A DNA stretch of 64,000 bases, taken from assembly GCA_024704765.1 (NCBI GenBank), contig JAKMXF010000346.1:68015-132014 (forward strand), read 5' to 3'. The notes under the pieces are model-generated. The model was not told the DNA's origin. It saw only the letters and a list, made by a program, of their open reading frames with translations, and did no database searches. Each line of letters begins with the position of its first letter. Position 1 is the stretch's first letter. Below, piece by piece: positions 25,897 through 38,624 of this stretch. This DNA comes from Oopsacas minuta (lineage: Eukaryota > Animalia > Porifera). Both the position numbers and the translations under genes were made by a program.

Positions 25897-28800
25897 CAGT
25901 GGCGTAGCCAAGGGGGGGCCAGCCGGGGCCAGGCCCCGGTTGTCGCACCTATTGTGGGGCCCACGACCTCACTATTTCAATCTTAGGGGCTGCTGCAAGG
26001 GCTTATCCATCCTAAAGAGGGAGTCCAAATATATTCTTTTCTAATGGATACAGCTACATTACTGCTCTATTATTGTTCAACCATAGCTTTGTAAAATCTC
26101 AATAGACTGATATTTTCGAGTGCTTTTTTATTAATTTCAAATAAGTGCAACCTCGATTATCGGACTCGTTGGAACAAGTCCAAAAGTTCGATAATCGAAG
26201 CTCGCTAAAAGATTGACAACTATGTAATGGGATAGGAACTGGGGTCAGTGGGCATGTTCGGATATTCAGGGTCGCTTAGTTTACATTCCCTTTAGTAATT
26301 ACAACTTGATCATCCAATGGCCAAGAGGATTACCTTGACTAGTTTATGGAGTACAGAGCCTCTACCCAAAGAGAACGAGAATAAGGAATGCTCAAGGACA
26401 TCAGAGGAAGAAACTCAGTTGACTGAGTCACAACTACGAGTTGATCAAACTGAAATAACTTCATCTAGTGGGGACGAATTTATGAATAGTCAAGCAAAGT
26501 TACAAGATTCACCAACAGCGAGCAGTGCAGAACGAAGGTTTGAGAGCGGCACTATCCCCACAGATACAACTGAGGAATGTCAAGGTGAGATATCATAGAA
26601 ACCTCTATGTACATATTAATTATATGCCTCTTTACATTTCAAATATGTATCACTATAGATATTGGGCTGTACTTATCTGATATACCAAAGCAACCTTGTA
26701 TTAAATTCCCTACAACTAAGTTTGGAGAAAAACTCCGCTCATTTAATCCAGATTGGTATAAGACCTACTCTTGGCTTGAATATTCTGTTAACCGAGATGC
26801 AGCCTATTGCTTTCCATGTCGATGTTTTTCCAGTCGCTTGAATCGGCCAGATGCACCTTTCACACGAGTTGGTTTTAGGGACTGGAAACATGCTACTGGT
26901 CAAAAAGGAAGATTGATTGAGTACAGAAAGAGTATGGCACATGTGGAGGCTTTCCATACTTGGGAAGAATACAAGTTCAACATTCAGCATGGAACAACAA
27001 TAACTCGTAGTCTAGACAAAATCGGAAAGAATGTGATAAAGGAAAATCGTGACTATGTCAAAACCATTGCGGAGATCATCCTTCTATGCGCAAGGCAAGA
27101 AATAGCATTGAAGGGACATGATAAGACCGGAGAGTCTTTGAATCCTGGAATTTTTCAATCATTACTGACTTTTATTGGTAATCATGATCAGATAGTGGGG
27201 AAACGTATCAAAGAAGGTCCACAAAATGCAAAGTACACTTCACCAGAAATTCAAAACGAGCTTCTGGGTGCAATGGGCGATATGGTTTTGCAGACTATAT
27301 CCAATGAGGTACAAAAGGCCGGTATTTACTCGTTGCTCGCAGATGAAACCAAAGATATTAGTCGGAAGGAGCAACTTTCAATTGTCTTACGCTATGTTAA
27401 CAATGGCAGCGTTTATGAGCGTTTTCTTGGGTATACTTTTGCGGAACAAATGGATGCAGAATCACTCTATAAGTATATTTGTAATGTGATTCAGAGCTGC
27501 AACCTATTTCCAGAAAACTGTGTGTGTCAGTGCTACGACGGAGCATCTGTTATGAGTGGCAGGTGTTCAGGTGTCCAGGCGCGATTTAGAGTATCTGCTC
27601 TAATGGCCCTATATATTAATTGCTGTGCACATCGCTTGAACTTTGTTCTTGTCGACTCCATAAAGGGTGTACCTATAGCACATGACTTCTTCTCGTTATT
27701 GGAAGCAGTGTATTTATTCTTATTCTCTGGGAAGTTTAATGCCCAGTTCGAAAAGTTCAAGCGGAACAAAGGCCAGAGAAACAGCCACGCCGGCTCAAAC
27801 GCCTAATTGAAACACGTTGGGCATGTCGTTTTGAGGCGATTAAGACTTTTAAAGAGACTTTTGGAGCCGTATTAGCTACTCTTGGATCCATTTCTGATGG
27901 TGTGCAGCGAGATCGAGCAATAGAGGCAAAAGGACTTTTTCTTCAGATATTTGAATTTAAATTCGTATTATGCTTAGTGATGTTCAACCATCTTTTCAGT
28001 ATGACCAACAGTTTGTCAAAGGCACTTCAGGATCCTGACCTTGATTTTAGTGCTGCAATGTCATTGATTGATGCAACCTTTGAAACTCTTCAGACTTACA
28101 GATCAGAGAAACAGTGGAAAGAAATTGGAATGAAGCTCTAACGGTTGCACATGATCACGACATCGAAATAAGCAGTTTACCACGAAAAAGAAAGCACAAA
28201 TTACCTGCTAAACTGTGTGATGCCTTACTCACTACTACCGTTAGACATCGAGAAGAGCTTTCAACTGAAGATCAATACTGCGTTAGCATCTATTATCGTG
28301 TACTTGATTGCATGATAGATGAATTAAAACAAGCGTTTTAATAACGAATCAAAGTTGTGCATGAAAGGATTTTCAGCTTGCTCTCCCAAGTCTAAGAATT
28401 TTTTTGACTTTGCCACGATCAATCCTATGCTTGTAAATAATAAAATTTCGGAGGAAGATGTACAAATTGAGTTGATGCAGGCGAAGATAGTTCTGAGAAA
28501 TCAACACATGGAAGATATTCATGACGTTATTGACAAACTAAGTTCACTGAAGGAAGCCTTTCCAGAATTGTTACGGTTATTAGACATAGCGTTAACTATT
28601 GCTGTTAGTAGTGCAGCTTGTGAGCGTTCATTTTCCTCTCTCAAACGAACGAAGACTTATCTGCGCTCAACCATGAGCCAATTAAGGCTTAATAATCTAG
28701 CCATTTTGTCTATAGAAAGCGATATTGCTTCTAGTCTTCCATTAGAAGTGGTTGTGGACCGGTTTGCTTATCAGCACAAGAATCGCAGGATATGCTTGTT

Positions 28801-28979
28801 GTGATTAGTAATAGTTTGTAAATTGCTAGAATTATTTATAGAGCTAGAATTACTTATTGGATGATATACACTATTATTATCATAGTTGATTGTTTGAATG
28901 ACTTATACTGCCAAGAACTAAAAGTGAATTAGTGCCCCAGGTGTGCCCAGGTTGAGCTCAAGGTCTGGCTATGCTACTG
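25897..28979 (+). mobile_element. hAT element with frameshifted, intron-containing transposase (26317-28804)
   Basis: Ends CAGTGGCGTAGCCA and CAGTAGCATAGCCA (reverse complement); no TSD found. Motifs LLADETKD, CYDGASVMSG, CCAHRLN and CERSFSSLKRTKTYLRSTMSQ are spread over four frames. Confidence 0.85.
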
Positions 28980-30369
28980 CAAAGAATGTGTAATTTATGA
29001 GCAAAATATGTTAACTAGGATCATGGGCTAGGATGGCGCTGGCAATCAACGGCATAGATTTATACATTATGAAACGAATATTAAAATCTCGTAATTTGGT
29101 AGGAATCATCGCCAAATTACCGTACATCATCGCAAAGTATTCAAAAGTGGGGGGACACTTCCTCCTCCGTCGCCCCCGACATCTACTCCCATGCTAACAT
29201 GTTACGCCACTGTGTATCCGGATACTTACTGTATTGCTATACTGTGGACTGTGAGGCTTGTAACAAACTTCTAGAATCATTAAGTAAAGAAGCCGCATGT
29301 ACAAATATACTAAACTAATATGTATCGCCAACAGACTAAATTTGGCGATACTGAAATGCCTTTATCATTCATCTTAGTTCAAGATGTGTTTTTCTAATGA
29401 ACAAATGAATCCTAGTTAAGATATCTTTGAAATGTACTTGATGATTATTTAGCAACATAATGGTGCATAACACCTATTATTAGGATAGCTGGATGTGATC
29501 CAAGTGGTATTTTTTGGCTAGATGAAGCCAAGACCTACCGTTTTCCTTTTATATCTAAGCGATGCGAATTATAGTTCTCTGTATTTGAAATTATTAAGAG
29601 TTTGCGAAGTTTGTTTAAATGAAAATTAGCATGCAAAAATAGATTGGTCACTAAAGCAAGTAAGCTAAAGTGACTTCCTATACGTAATTAGAATGCTGTT
29701 GTGGGTGATAATTCTTGGTATTCACGATTATTTTGATATCGTTAGAAACGTTCATATATCTATATGACCCCATATATAATTGTACATATACTACTGTGAG
29801 GTCATAAGTGACTCCCTATTTACTTATATATTCATTACCATCACGGATTCAATTCTGAATTTATTCCTTCAATTCTTTTCCGAAGTCACTTTTCGGACTG
29901 AATGCTCATTCTCAGCCATTTAATTCCTCGAATAAGGGCTCAATGCAATTCCAATTCCTTGAAATGAAAATTAATTTCCATTCTAAGGCCATTTCGCTGG
30001 CATAGTATGTCTTTGCCCACAGCTACGAATATCGTCCATAACTGGAAGAATTGAACAGGGGCAGTGAAATTGTCCCATCGAATTGGAGATTCGTTACTAT
30101 AGTTAAGAAATTGTTCATTTTATCTGAGAAGAAACTACTGCAGTTTGATTGCCACATACCACAGAAAACTTGTAGTAGTCTCGAAAAGCATTGCACAGAA
30201 TCCAGAAGCTGTAGGTGGAATCTTTGCCTGCAACATTCTTCCCGAATGATACCAGGGCCTGGGACATTGTTGATCGCAGGAAGTTTATAATCAATTGATA
30301 TATTCTGGAGCCCCTCTAGAGGTCGGGGCCCTCAGGCAATTGCTCTTCCGGCCCTGCATGATACATAGA

Positions 30370-30723
30370 TGATTCAACTTCTCTAATCGAAACAACACTT
30401 ACAAATGGATCAATCATTGTCGCATTATCAAAAGTCTGCCGGAGATTAGTTTGTGAGCATTTAGCAATTGTTTTACACTTTCATTTTATCTCGTTAGCAT
30501 TTGATTCATACTCATCTAGAGCATGATTATGTTAATTCACAGATATAATCCTATCAATATCGTACTGCAGTTTACTAGTTGCTTTGCATCTGAATGTCTT
30601 AAATAGGGCGCATCTAAGATAAGTGAATTTCGTGTTTTGTTTGGATTTGATGTACTTGTGTCCATCTGAAGTTGTAAATACTCTTCCTGTGGAGCTTCTG
30701 AACTCTTCAATTGTGCATTCCAT
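30370..30723 (-). pseudogene. MULE transposase 5' fragment (FLYWCH-like)
   Basis: FTTSDGHKYIKSK..YLRCALFKTFRCKAT...HNH. The continuation (KCKTIAKCSQTNLRQTFD) resembles 44189-44602 (NCKNRARNSQDNLRKIFN). Confidence 0.7.
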
Positions 30724-32392
30724 TATGCAAAAAGATGAACAATCTCATAATATATACCTATCGAGTGTTTGCAAATGAGGGTATATGCATTTATGCTTTA
30801 AATTCTGATGCTATATAATCCAGTTAAATATGGATCAAATAAGTGACAATAGATAGACTTCGATTCAATTAACCAAAAACTAACAATAGACTGAAAATCG
30901 ATTCGAAATTGCTACAATAGACCAAAAATCTATTTGAAGTAGTTACAATTCAGAAAATTCGAACTAAAGCAGCGTCCCATTATGAATAAACCGTTAAATA
31001 AAACATATTACAAAACCATAAATTTTGTAAATACGAACACAAGATGGAGAAAACATATGCCAACCATAATTTTTACAATTGACGGTTATTATCTAACATA
31101 TTCTATCACCCAGACTATAATTAGACAATACATGTGTCCAGATAGTGTAACTGCGATAAATATATATTATAGTAAAGGTAATATTATCAGTTTCCAATAG
31201 TGAGAGTTGTCATTTTTCTCACTTTGGAGAAAATGTTTTATGAGAAATTATGTATAGTAATCAGTTATTGCTAGAAAATGTGTTAAATTGAAATATTTTC
31301 ATGATTAAAACGCGAATACTACCACAAATTGAACTTAAAAAATTCTTTAAGAGCTATAAATAACAATTTCCCGGCTATTATTTACATAGGATTTCAGTAA
31401 GGTGGCCAAAATTTCCAAAATGATAAATATCATAAGTAAACAAATACGTAAATCATGTTATTGACATGTTGCGACAGCAATTTACTTTGAAAAGAATTGA
31501 AAGATAAATCAGACTAAGACTAGAATCATGGTATACATGTATGGAAATGTGACTGCTGTAATTGCTAGTAAGGTGAACTAGCATAAAATCAACAAATATC
31601 CAACTCTATAATACTAAACGTACATTAAACTTTGGCTCTAAATGTATCTTGCTGTCCTGCAAACAGTACTTTGAGTCTCCAAGGGTATCCCGCACCCCAA
31701 TTTGGGAGCAACAGTGTTAAACCATTCAAATTAAGCCAAATACCTAAATCTATGGATAAATTATGCAATATGGGCATAAAATGAATATTTCTCTCAAAAA
31801 GAAACTATATCATCATGTATTTGCAGGAAATATATGTAAATACCAAGAGAATAAGAAGACAGCGGGAACAAATTGCAAATTTGCGCGAAAAGGTCAAGAG
31901 TGCTTATATGTACATAACTAGACACAGTTTGTTGAGTGGAGTCGAACATGGGATCACCAATGGTATTTGAATAAGATTAAAGATTGATAGTGACATTCCT
32001 GAGAATTGTGTTCTATGGTAAATTATTCCTAAAATGGGTTATGTGAACACTTAAACGACGACTTAAAAGACGAAGCATTTTACGACGACTACGAAAATAA
32101 CAATGCAAATGTAATAGGACTCCTAGAAGTGATTTCAATTATACACTTTTCTAGTGCTATCTGATGACTATACAAAACGCCTTATAATTTTCCCCAAGGC
32201 GACAAAAATAACAAAACCCACAAAATACAGATGATAAAATTACTTTACAAACTATATACGGTATAAAATAATTTCGTATAAATTTTCCGACCTCAACACA
32301 AATTCTCAGGCATTCAAATTCTCTTTGTTTATTAACTCGATTTTACTCTTTTAAAGAATAGAGAAAATTTTTCTCTTGTGAGGAAGTAGGCT

Positions 32393-33760
32393 TCAAGTAT
32401 AGGCTTGAATCTTTAGAGCTTCAGTTTCGAAAAAATGTTTGGGGATAAATGAACCATCAATTAATATACCTTCTGGGCTAGTAGAAGATATCCATGGACA
32501 GTGGATCTTAATCCCACACACAGTGTCTACTTTTTGAATTTTAAAGACTGGACATAATATGGTGATGACATAACTCTCTCTTACTATACCGATTTGACTG
32601 AGACCATGTAAATTACAAATCACAATGACTGAATCCACATCAACACACACAGCTAAAGAAGAAACGAGTTCTGCCTGCTCAATTACTTGTATAACAGTCA
32701 AATTGACAAATCTATGTGGATTTATGCCATCACCAGTTTTAAGCTCAGCTAACCCAACAACTGTGTAATTGTCAATATGCATTTTCATCGAACATTTTTG
32801 CGCATATTGGCTAATTTTATCATTACTGATTCTATATGAATGTTCCAAAGCGGTTTGAATAGTTCGGAAAGTGGATAATACTGAAGAGACTTTAAAATTG
32901 ACATTATCAGATTGGGGATCAAGCAATGCAGCTTTAGAATAGCACTGAATGGCAGAATTAAATTCCTCTAAACAAATAAAAACTGTACCAAAATTAGTAT
33001 ACAAATCTGAACATTTGCTAGCATTAGCATCGTTTTCAGCTAAGCGATAGCATATTATACATTTCTTTAAAAGATCTTTCGATGTCTTTTGAGAATGAAA
33101 ATGTTGAGAGAGCATTACATTCCCTAATATCATCCAGGATTTCCCATCATCCTTGTCACAATCAACAGCTTGTTGAGCATATTTTAAACTCAATTGCAAA
33201 TTTGTAGTATATTTCACAGATCCTTGGGGATCTAATTGTCTATAAACGATGGCAAGATTCCTAAAACCCTCTTTACAATTGGGATCATGTTGTACTGCAC
33301 CAAGAAAACAGTCAAGAGCTTGTTGAACTTGTCCAATCTCCCAATAACATTCACCAAGATAATTCCATGCCTGAGTATTATAAGGAGAGGACTTTATTAC
33401 ACGTTCCAATAAACATATGATTGTTCTAAAATCTTTGTCATTTTCATATGACAACATAAGATATCGACAGTATGAGAAGAGTAGCGGTGTGCTAAGCTCC
33501 TTAAGCTGGGAAAGAATTTTCCCAATCTCAAGATACAGAATCTGCCATTGTGAATGGGTAGAAATATGACGAGGTTTGCAAGCTTCAAATGCAGCCAGTA
33601 ATTCTACACTCTTTTGATTCAATTGTATTAGATTATCATTTGAGATACTACAAAGTGCTAGCAACAACTGTTCACAGGAAAAAAGGTTTGATCCTACAGG
33701 ATTAGTTGGATCCTCGCATGAAGAATCACATTCGGACAGGGAATTGTCAATTTCTACCAT
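32393..33760 (-). CDS. TTC5: Tetratricopeptide repeat protein 5 (TPR repeats plus C-terminal OB-like domain), intronless, 455 aa
   Basis: AWNYLGECYW, AVDCDKDDGKSWMILGN..LS..F, DLY.N...Y..AALLDP, and a C-terminal beta-rich segment match the TTC5 architecture. AATAAA lies downstream on the minus strand near 32330. Confidence 0.85.
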   Translation of the reverse strand: MVEIDNSLSECDSSCEDPTNPVGSNLFSCEQLLLALCSISNDNLIQLNQKSVELLAAFEACKPRHISTHSQWQILYLEIGKILSQLKELSTPLLFSYCRYLMLSYENDKDFRTIICLLERVIKSSPYNTQAWNYLGECYWEIGQVQQALDCFLGAVQHDPNCKEGFRNLAIVYRQLDPQGSVKYTTNLQLSLKYAQQAVDCDKDDGKSWMILGNVMLSQHFHSQKTSKDLLKKCIICYRLAENDANASKCSDLYTNFGTVFICLEEFNSAIQCYSKAALLDPQSDNVNFKVSSVLSTFRTIQTALEHSYRISNDKISQYAQKCSMKMHIDNYTVVGLAELKTGDGINPHRFVNLTVIQVIEQAELVSSLAVCVDVDSVIVICNLHGLSQIGIVRESYVITILCPVFKIQKVDTVCGIKIHCPWISSTSPEGILIDGSFIPKHFFETEALKIQAYT

Positions 33761-34038
33761 AACAGGTACATCTATCTATATCTAATAAAAATATCAAGAT
33801 ATAGTTAATCAAATACACATATTTGAAAGTCAGATATCTATGGGGTTGGGGTTATACAAATACGGTACAAATACGTAATAAAGGGCCTCTCTCAGGGTGA
33901 CCTATGGTAAACATGGAGGGTATTCGGATCTCTAAGGGCTTACGGCCACAAATGGCCTGCGCAGAATCCCGCATTAACTTATGCCCAATGGCTATCAAGG
34001 TGTTTGTCTGAGAAGGCACTATCAACAGTATAATAGGG

Positions 34039-34862
34039 CTGGGGCGGATCTAGAAAAATCTGGTAGGGGGTATGCCGCCTGCCCAACCGTCAAAAGATTC
34101 AATTATTAGATTTTGCTCTTTTACTTGATCATTATCAGTTTATTCCGTTATTTTAACAAATTATAATTATACTATAACAGCCAGTATTTCTCAATTTGTA
34201 GTGTTTTAACCAAACATCAACAAATATTTTATAGTGATGTATGTATTTATGCGATTTTATGTCAGGCTTAATCTCGATGACCAATTCAACCAATCTTGAC
34301 AAGCAGTCTAAGGTACTCCAAAATAATTGTGTTAATAATACAAACATTATGCATGTGTGTTCATAGTTTAATCTATAACGAGAATTTCTGAATGTAGTAG
34401 CTAAATATTATTCGTAACTATTGGCTGAATCCTAAATACATAATATACCTTACTAGTACTAATCATATCACTAAATTACGAAATTCATACGGTGATCTCC
34501 TGAAATTGCGAAAGTGTTAATAATTTTAAGCACATCTAATGGAATATGCTTGTGAATATATATCAGTGCTACACCAGTTAGTCTGTCATCCGTCATTGTG
34601 GATCTAATACAGGATTTTAATAGCGCTAAATGAACGCTCCGCTGAACAAGTTGTAATAGGCAGAGTGCAGCAATTTGCAAAATGATTTTTAATTTTGTAA
34701 ACTTTGGTGATAAATACTGTAATAAATGTAGAATGTCTATCAGGTAAAGGGATTAACAAGGTATGTACCTTATTCACTCTACTGAGTAGAGCAAATAAAG
34801 AATTTAGCAAAGCTGGTGGGGGGTATGCATACTCCCCATACCCCCCCATAGATCCGCCACTG
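34039..34862 (-). mobile_element. Non-autonomous hAT deletion derivative, 824 bp
   Basis: Exact 8-bp TSD TAATAGGG (34031-34038, 34863-34870); ends CTGGGGCGGATCTA and CAGTGGCGGATCTA; retains the dimerisation-domain remnant TTCSAERSFSA..IRSTMTDDRLTGVAL. Confidence 0.9.
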
Positions 34863-36075
34863 TAATAGGGAAGTCATACTGAATATAATAAACGATTACA
34901 CTCTATGTGTTGACAGCATAGTGTATGAGTTCAATTAATTAAAGCAGCACACTTATAAATAAATTCAACCATAAATACTATATGACTAAAAGGTACTTTT
35001 GCTCTTTTGACCTAAGCGATTCCATACGTTGCTTTCGAGATTTTCTTTGGAAAATATTAATGGCCTGATTAATTACAAATTATCTCTAGCACTAATTTCA
35101 ATTGAAATGAACCTTTTTTGACATTTTTAGGTACTAAGCGTCTGACTTACCTACGAAAAATAATTCGAAAGATTAAAGAAGAACAGGCGTAGCTGAGTAA
35201 TTGACAACTTAAATTAGTGTGCAACATATTTGATTTGTGCCACTTATGGTATATGTGGCACGAAAATGAATATTTGAATAACTCCGCCACTTTTGATCTT
35301 ATTACTTCGAAGATTTAATCAGGGAAAAAAGGCACGTAGGATTTCAGGTAAATTTCATAGCTACATTATTCGTTACGCAACAGAATATACACGGCACTGA
35401 GTGCCTCTAATTCACAGGATAGTTAGAATTTAAGATTTAATTATCTATTGTCCATCCAAATTACAGAAAATGAAAATTTGGATATTTGTATAGTCATGAC
35501 GCTATAATGCCACGATGAGGTAGCATCTGGTCAAAGTGATGAGGTTAGGACATTTGACTCATTGAAGGGTACCTATGATTCAAATTTGAAACCTCTATCA
35601 TGTATATTGGCTAACAGTGGTTAATAATGTAATTTTTCAAAAATCCAAAAAAGGTGACAATGACGTCATAATTTCGTCATAGGTGTGAATTTTAGTCCAA
35701 GGCTCGAAATTGTCCAGAATACTACTGTATGCCAAAAATCAACCCTGGGGGTCCTCGATTTTCTTTAATTAATTCTGGATTTATAAACATACATTCATAA
35801 TATTTCGTTATAACATTATAAATGTATAAAGGGGGAAGAAAGTAGGGGAGGTTTTATGCTTCCGCTTCCATGAAGTTGGTGAGTTACCTCTGAAGGAGGA
35901 GAATTGGTTGGCTCAGGCTTATGAGAGGTAGTTGGATTACACTCGGATTCTGTGGGTTTACGCTTACGGGAGACTTGTAGAGGTGAAATAGGTGAAGGAA
36001 GTTGTTCTAGGTCTGTTGGCTTTTTAGCATTCATAAAATCATATCTTGTCACTGTAGGCAATTCCATGGGATAAT

Positions 36076-36192
36076 TTTTTCGATTTTCTCAATCTTTTCA
36101 ATTTTCTCAGGATTTTCAATTTTCTCAGAATTTTCAATTTTCTCAGGTTTTTCAATTTTCTCAGAATTTTCGGATTTATCAGGATTCTCAGG
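36076..36192. repeat. Degenerate 9/18-bp tandem repeat (ATTTTCTCAG.ATTTTCA) encoding EKIENS/EKIENP on the minus strand
   Basis: Directly visible; translated in ORF 36049-36393. Confidence 0.85.
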
Positions 36193-36933
36193 TAAAAGGT
36201 GTCCCTGAAATGTTTTGGTAAGGAACAATCTTTGAGGAAGGAGGGGTGGAGATATATGTTTGTATATTCGGAATTGATTGAAGCACTGCAAGGCCTTTAG
36301 GCTGATTTTTGGCATACAGGGATATTTTGGGCACGCACTGACAATTGGAGTCTTGGACAAAAATATCACAACTCTGACAAAATTCTTACGCAATTTTCAC
36401 CTTTTTGATCATCGAAATATCACTATATCAGCCACTACTCAGGGAACATTATTGATATATAGTTGAAAGTGGCCAAATTACTAACCAAAAGCCAAGTAGA
36501 AGCTACCCACCCATCAGGAAATTTAGATTTTTCATTCTAGAGCTAACCTAAGGCACAATACTGTTGTGCAGGGACTTAAAAAGCTAAGTGCGCTAGTTCA
36601 CCTATAACTTGATAACATTCGATGTATTTTGCCAAATCCTAGTGTGTACATATGGTATATAGCGGCTTGCCGCACCCTGATAATACACTTCTATGTGATA
36701 TCTCTGATGATAATGATGCGATCTTAACATTACTACATCATACTTAGCAACCCTTTCTAACTGTTTCCATGGATTTTTATCCCGATATCCCTGGATTGCC
36801 AAATTTTTTATGCATTATAATTTTCAAATTCAAATAATAAGATTTTTCCCTATTTTAGGACAAACTACCCGAAGTATCCTATAATTCCCCTGGATTTGGC
36901 AATTTTTCCCCTGGATCATAAGTCAAATCCAGG

Positions 36934-38624
36934 CAGTGGCCTATCCAGGGGGGCGCAGCGGGTGCTCCAGCACCCCCTTAAATTTCAATGATAGAAATTT
37001 GTCATGATTTAGCCGCTCGCGGTTTCAGGTTACTTAATAATTAATTCAACAATCAAATATCAAATGTACTCATTGATAGGGAAGAATTCGTTTATAGTCC
37101 GGCTAGTTTTTAATATTATAAATATATATTCTTTTTCCTAAATTTCACAAACAATGTCGATGGATGGGTACAATGTATTAATGCACTAGAAAATTTTCAG
37201 TCTCTCGACATTTCCGTAGTAATTGTTTCGAAATGTTTGAAGTGATGGTCCTACCCTGTAGACATCAGATGCAATTAATGATGCCAGGACTCTACAACTA
37301 GCAATTTGCAGTAGAGATTTCTATCTGTGTATTAGTATAAACAAATTACAGCCTTAAAACATAAAACCTTGACCTCCAGTCTACAAGCAGAGGCTAAAGA
37401 CATCCTTGGAGCAGTATCAGAAACAAACAACGTGAAGGTAACTTTGCAAGAAGTTAGAGAAAATATTGATTCATATCATAGCAGGTGGTTTCTTACTTTG
37501 GAGGGATTTGCATAAGTGTTTGTACACTTTTAACATCTCCTCCACAGTATGATACATTTTATGAAAAAATCCAGTATTTGAGTTAGGACACATACCGGAT
37601 CTATTTATGACAAATCCAGCGCTTCCTTTTCAGGACAATCTTTGATACTTTTTCTGACAACTTCTGGCATTTGAGTTTTTGAATATATTCAATAACTAGT
37701 GCAGATTCCAGTATTCGAGTTTAGGACAAATTCCAGCTATCCCTCACGAGTTTGCTTGTACAAAGAGCGACAATCTTATCAGAAAAAAGTCTGCACCTTA
37801 GTGTTAGGCCCTTTGCAAGTGCCCAGATTCGGTGGCGTTTCTATACTTTTTGTTAGGGGGTGTTAATTCATATGGATTGACATTGAATTAATTAAGCTGT
37901 ACTTTCATATAAACCAGCAAGTGGTCATTCAGTGGGATTGATAACTACGCCGGTAATTACTAGATGGAGTGTCAGCGGCAACATTATTGCGGTGAATGTG
38001 ACGTTACAAATTCGACTTAAAGATGGTACTGTATAAACACGTTTGCACATCTTCTCCACAGTAAGAAACCACCTGCTATGATATGAATCAATATTTCTCT
38101 AACTTCTTGCAAAGTTGGCTTCACGTGGTTTATTTCTGATACTGCTCCAAGGATGTCTTTAGCCTCTGCTTGTAGACTGGAGGTCAAGGTTTTATGTTTT
38201 GAGGCTGTAATTTGTTTATGCTAATACACAGATAGAAATCTCTACTGCAAATTGCTAGTTGTAGAGTCCTGGCATCATTAATTGCATCTGATGTCTACAG
38301 GGTAGGACCATCACTTCAAACATTTCGTAACAATTACTACGGAAATGTCGAGAGACTGAAAATTTTCTAGTGCATTAATACATTGTACCCATCCATCGAC
38401 ATTGTTTGTGAAATTTAGGAAAAAGAATATATATTTATAATATTAAAAATTAGTCAAATTATAAACGAATTCTTCCCTATCAATGAGTACATTTGATATC
38501 TGATTGTTAATTGATTTTTAACTAGCATGAAACCGCAAGAGGAGTTAAATCATATCAAATTACTATTATTGAAATTTATGGGAGTTGCTGGAGCATCTAC
38601 TGCGCCCCCTTGGATACGCCACTG
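36934..38624. mobile_element. Foldback hAT derivative with ~590-bp inverted arms containing transposase sequence
   Basis: Ends CAGTGGCCTATCCAGGGGGGCGCAG and CAGTGGCGTATCCAAGGGGGCGCAG. Arm 36934-~37527 is the reverse complement of ~38028-38624. The arms encode WVQCINALENF and LQAEAKDILGAV..TLQEVRENIDSYHSRW. No TSD. Confidence 0.85.

Noticed and set aside
29140-29215. Alternative right end (TTACGCCACTG) for the 25897 hAT
   Set aside because: No matching 8-bp TSD; more likely a separate hAT MITE end.
35225-35270. GTGGCACGAAAATG resembling the family-1 right TIR
   Set aside because: The heptamer is absent (TATGTG) and there is no associated element sequence.
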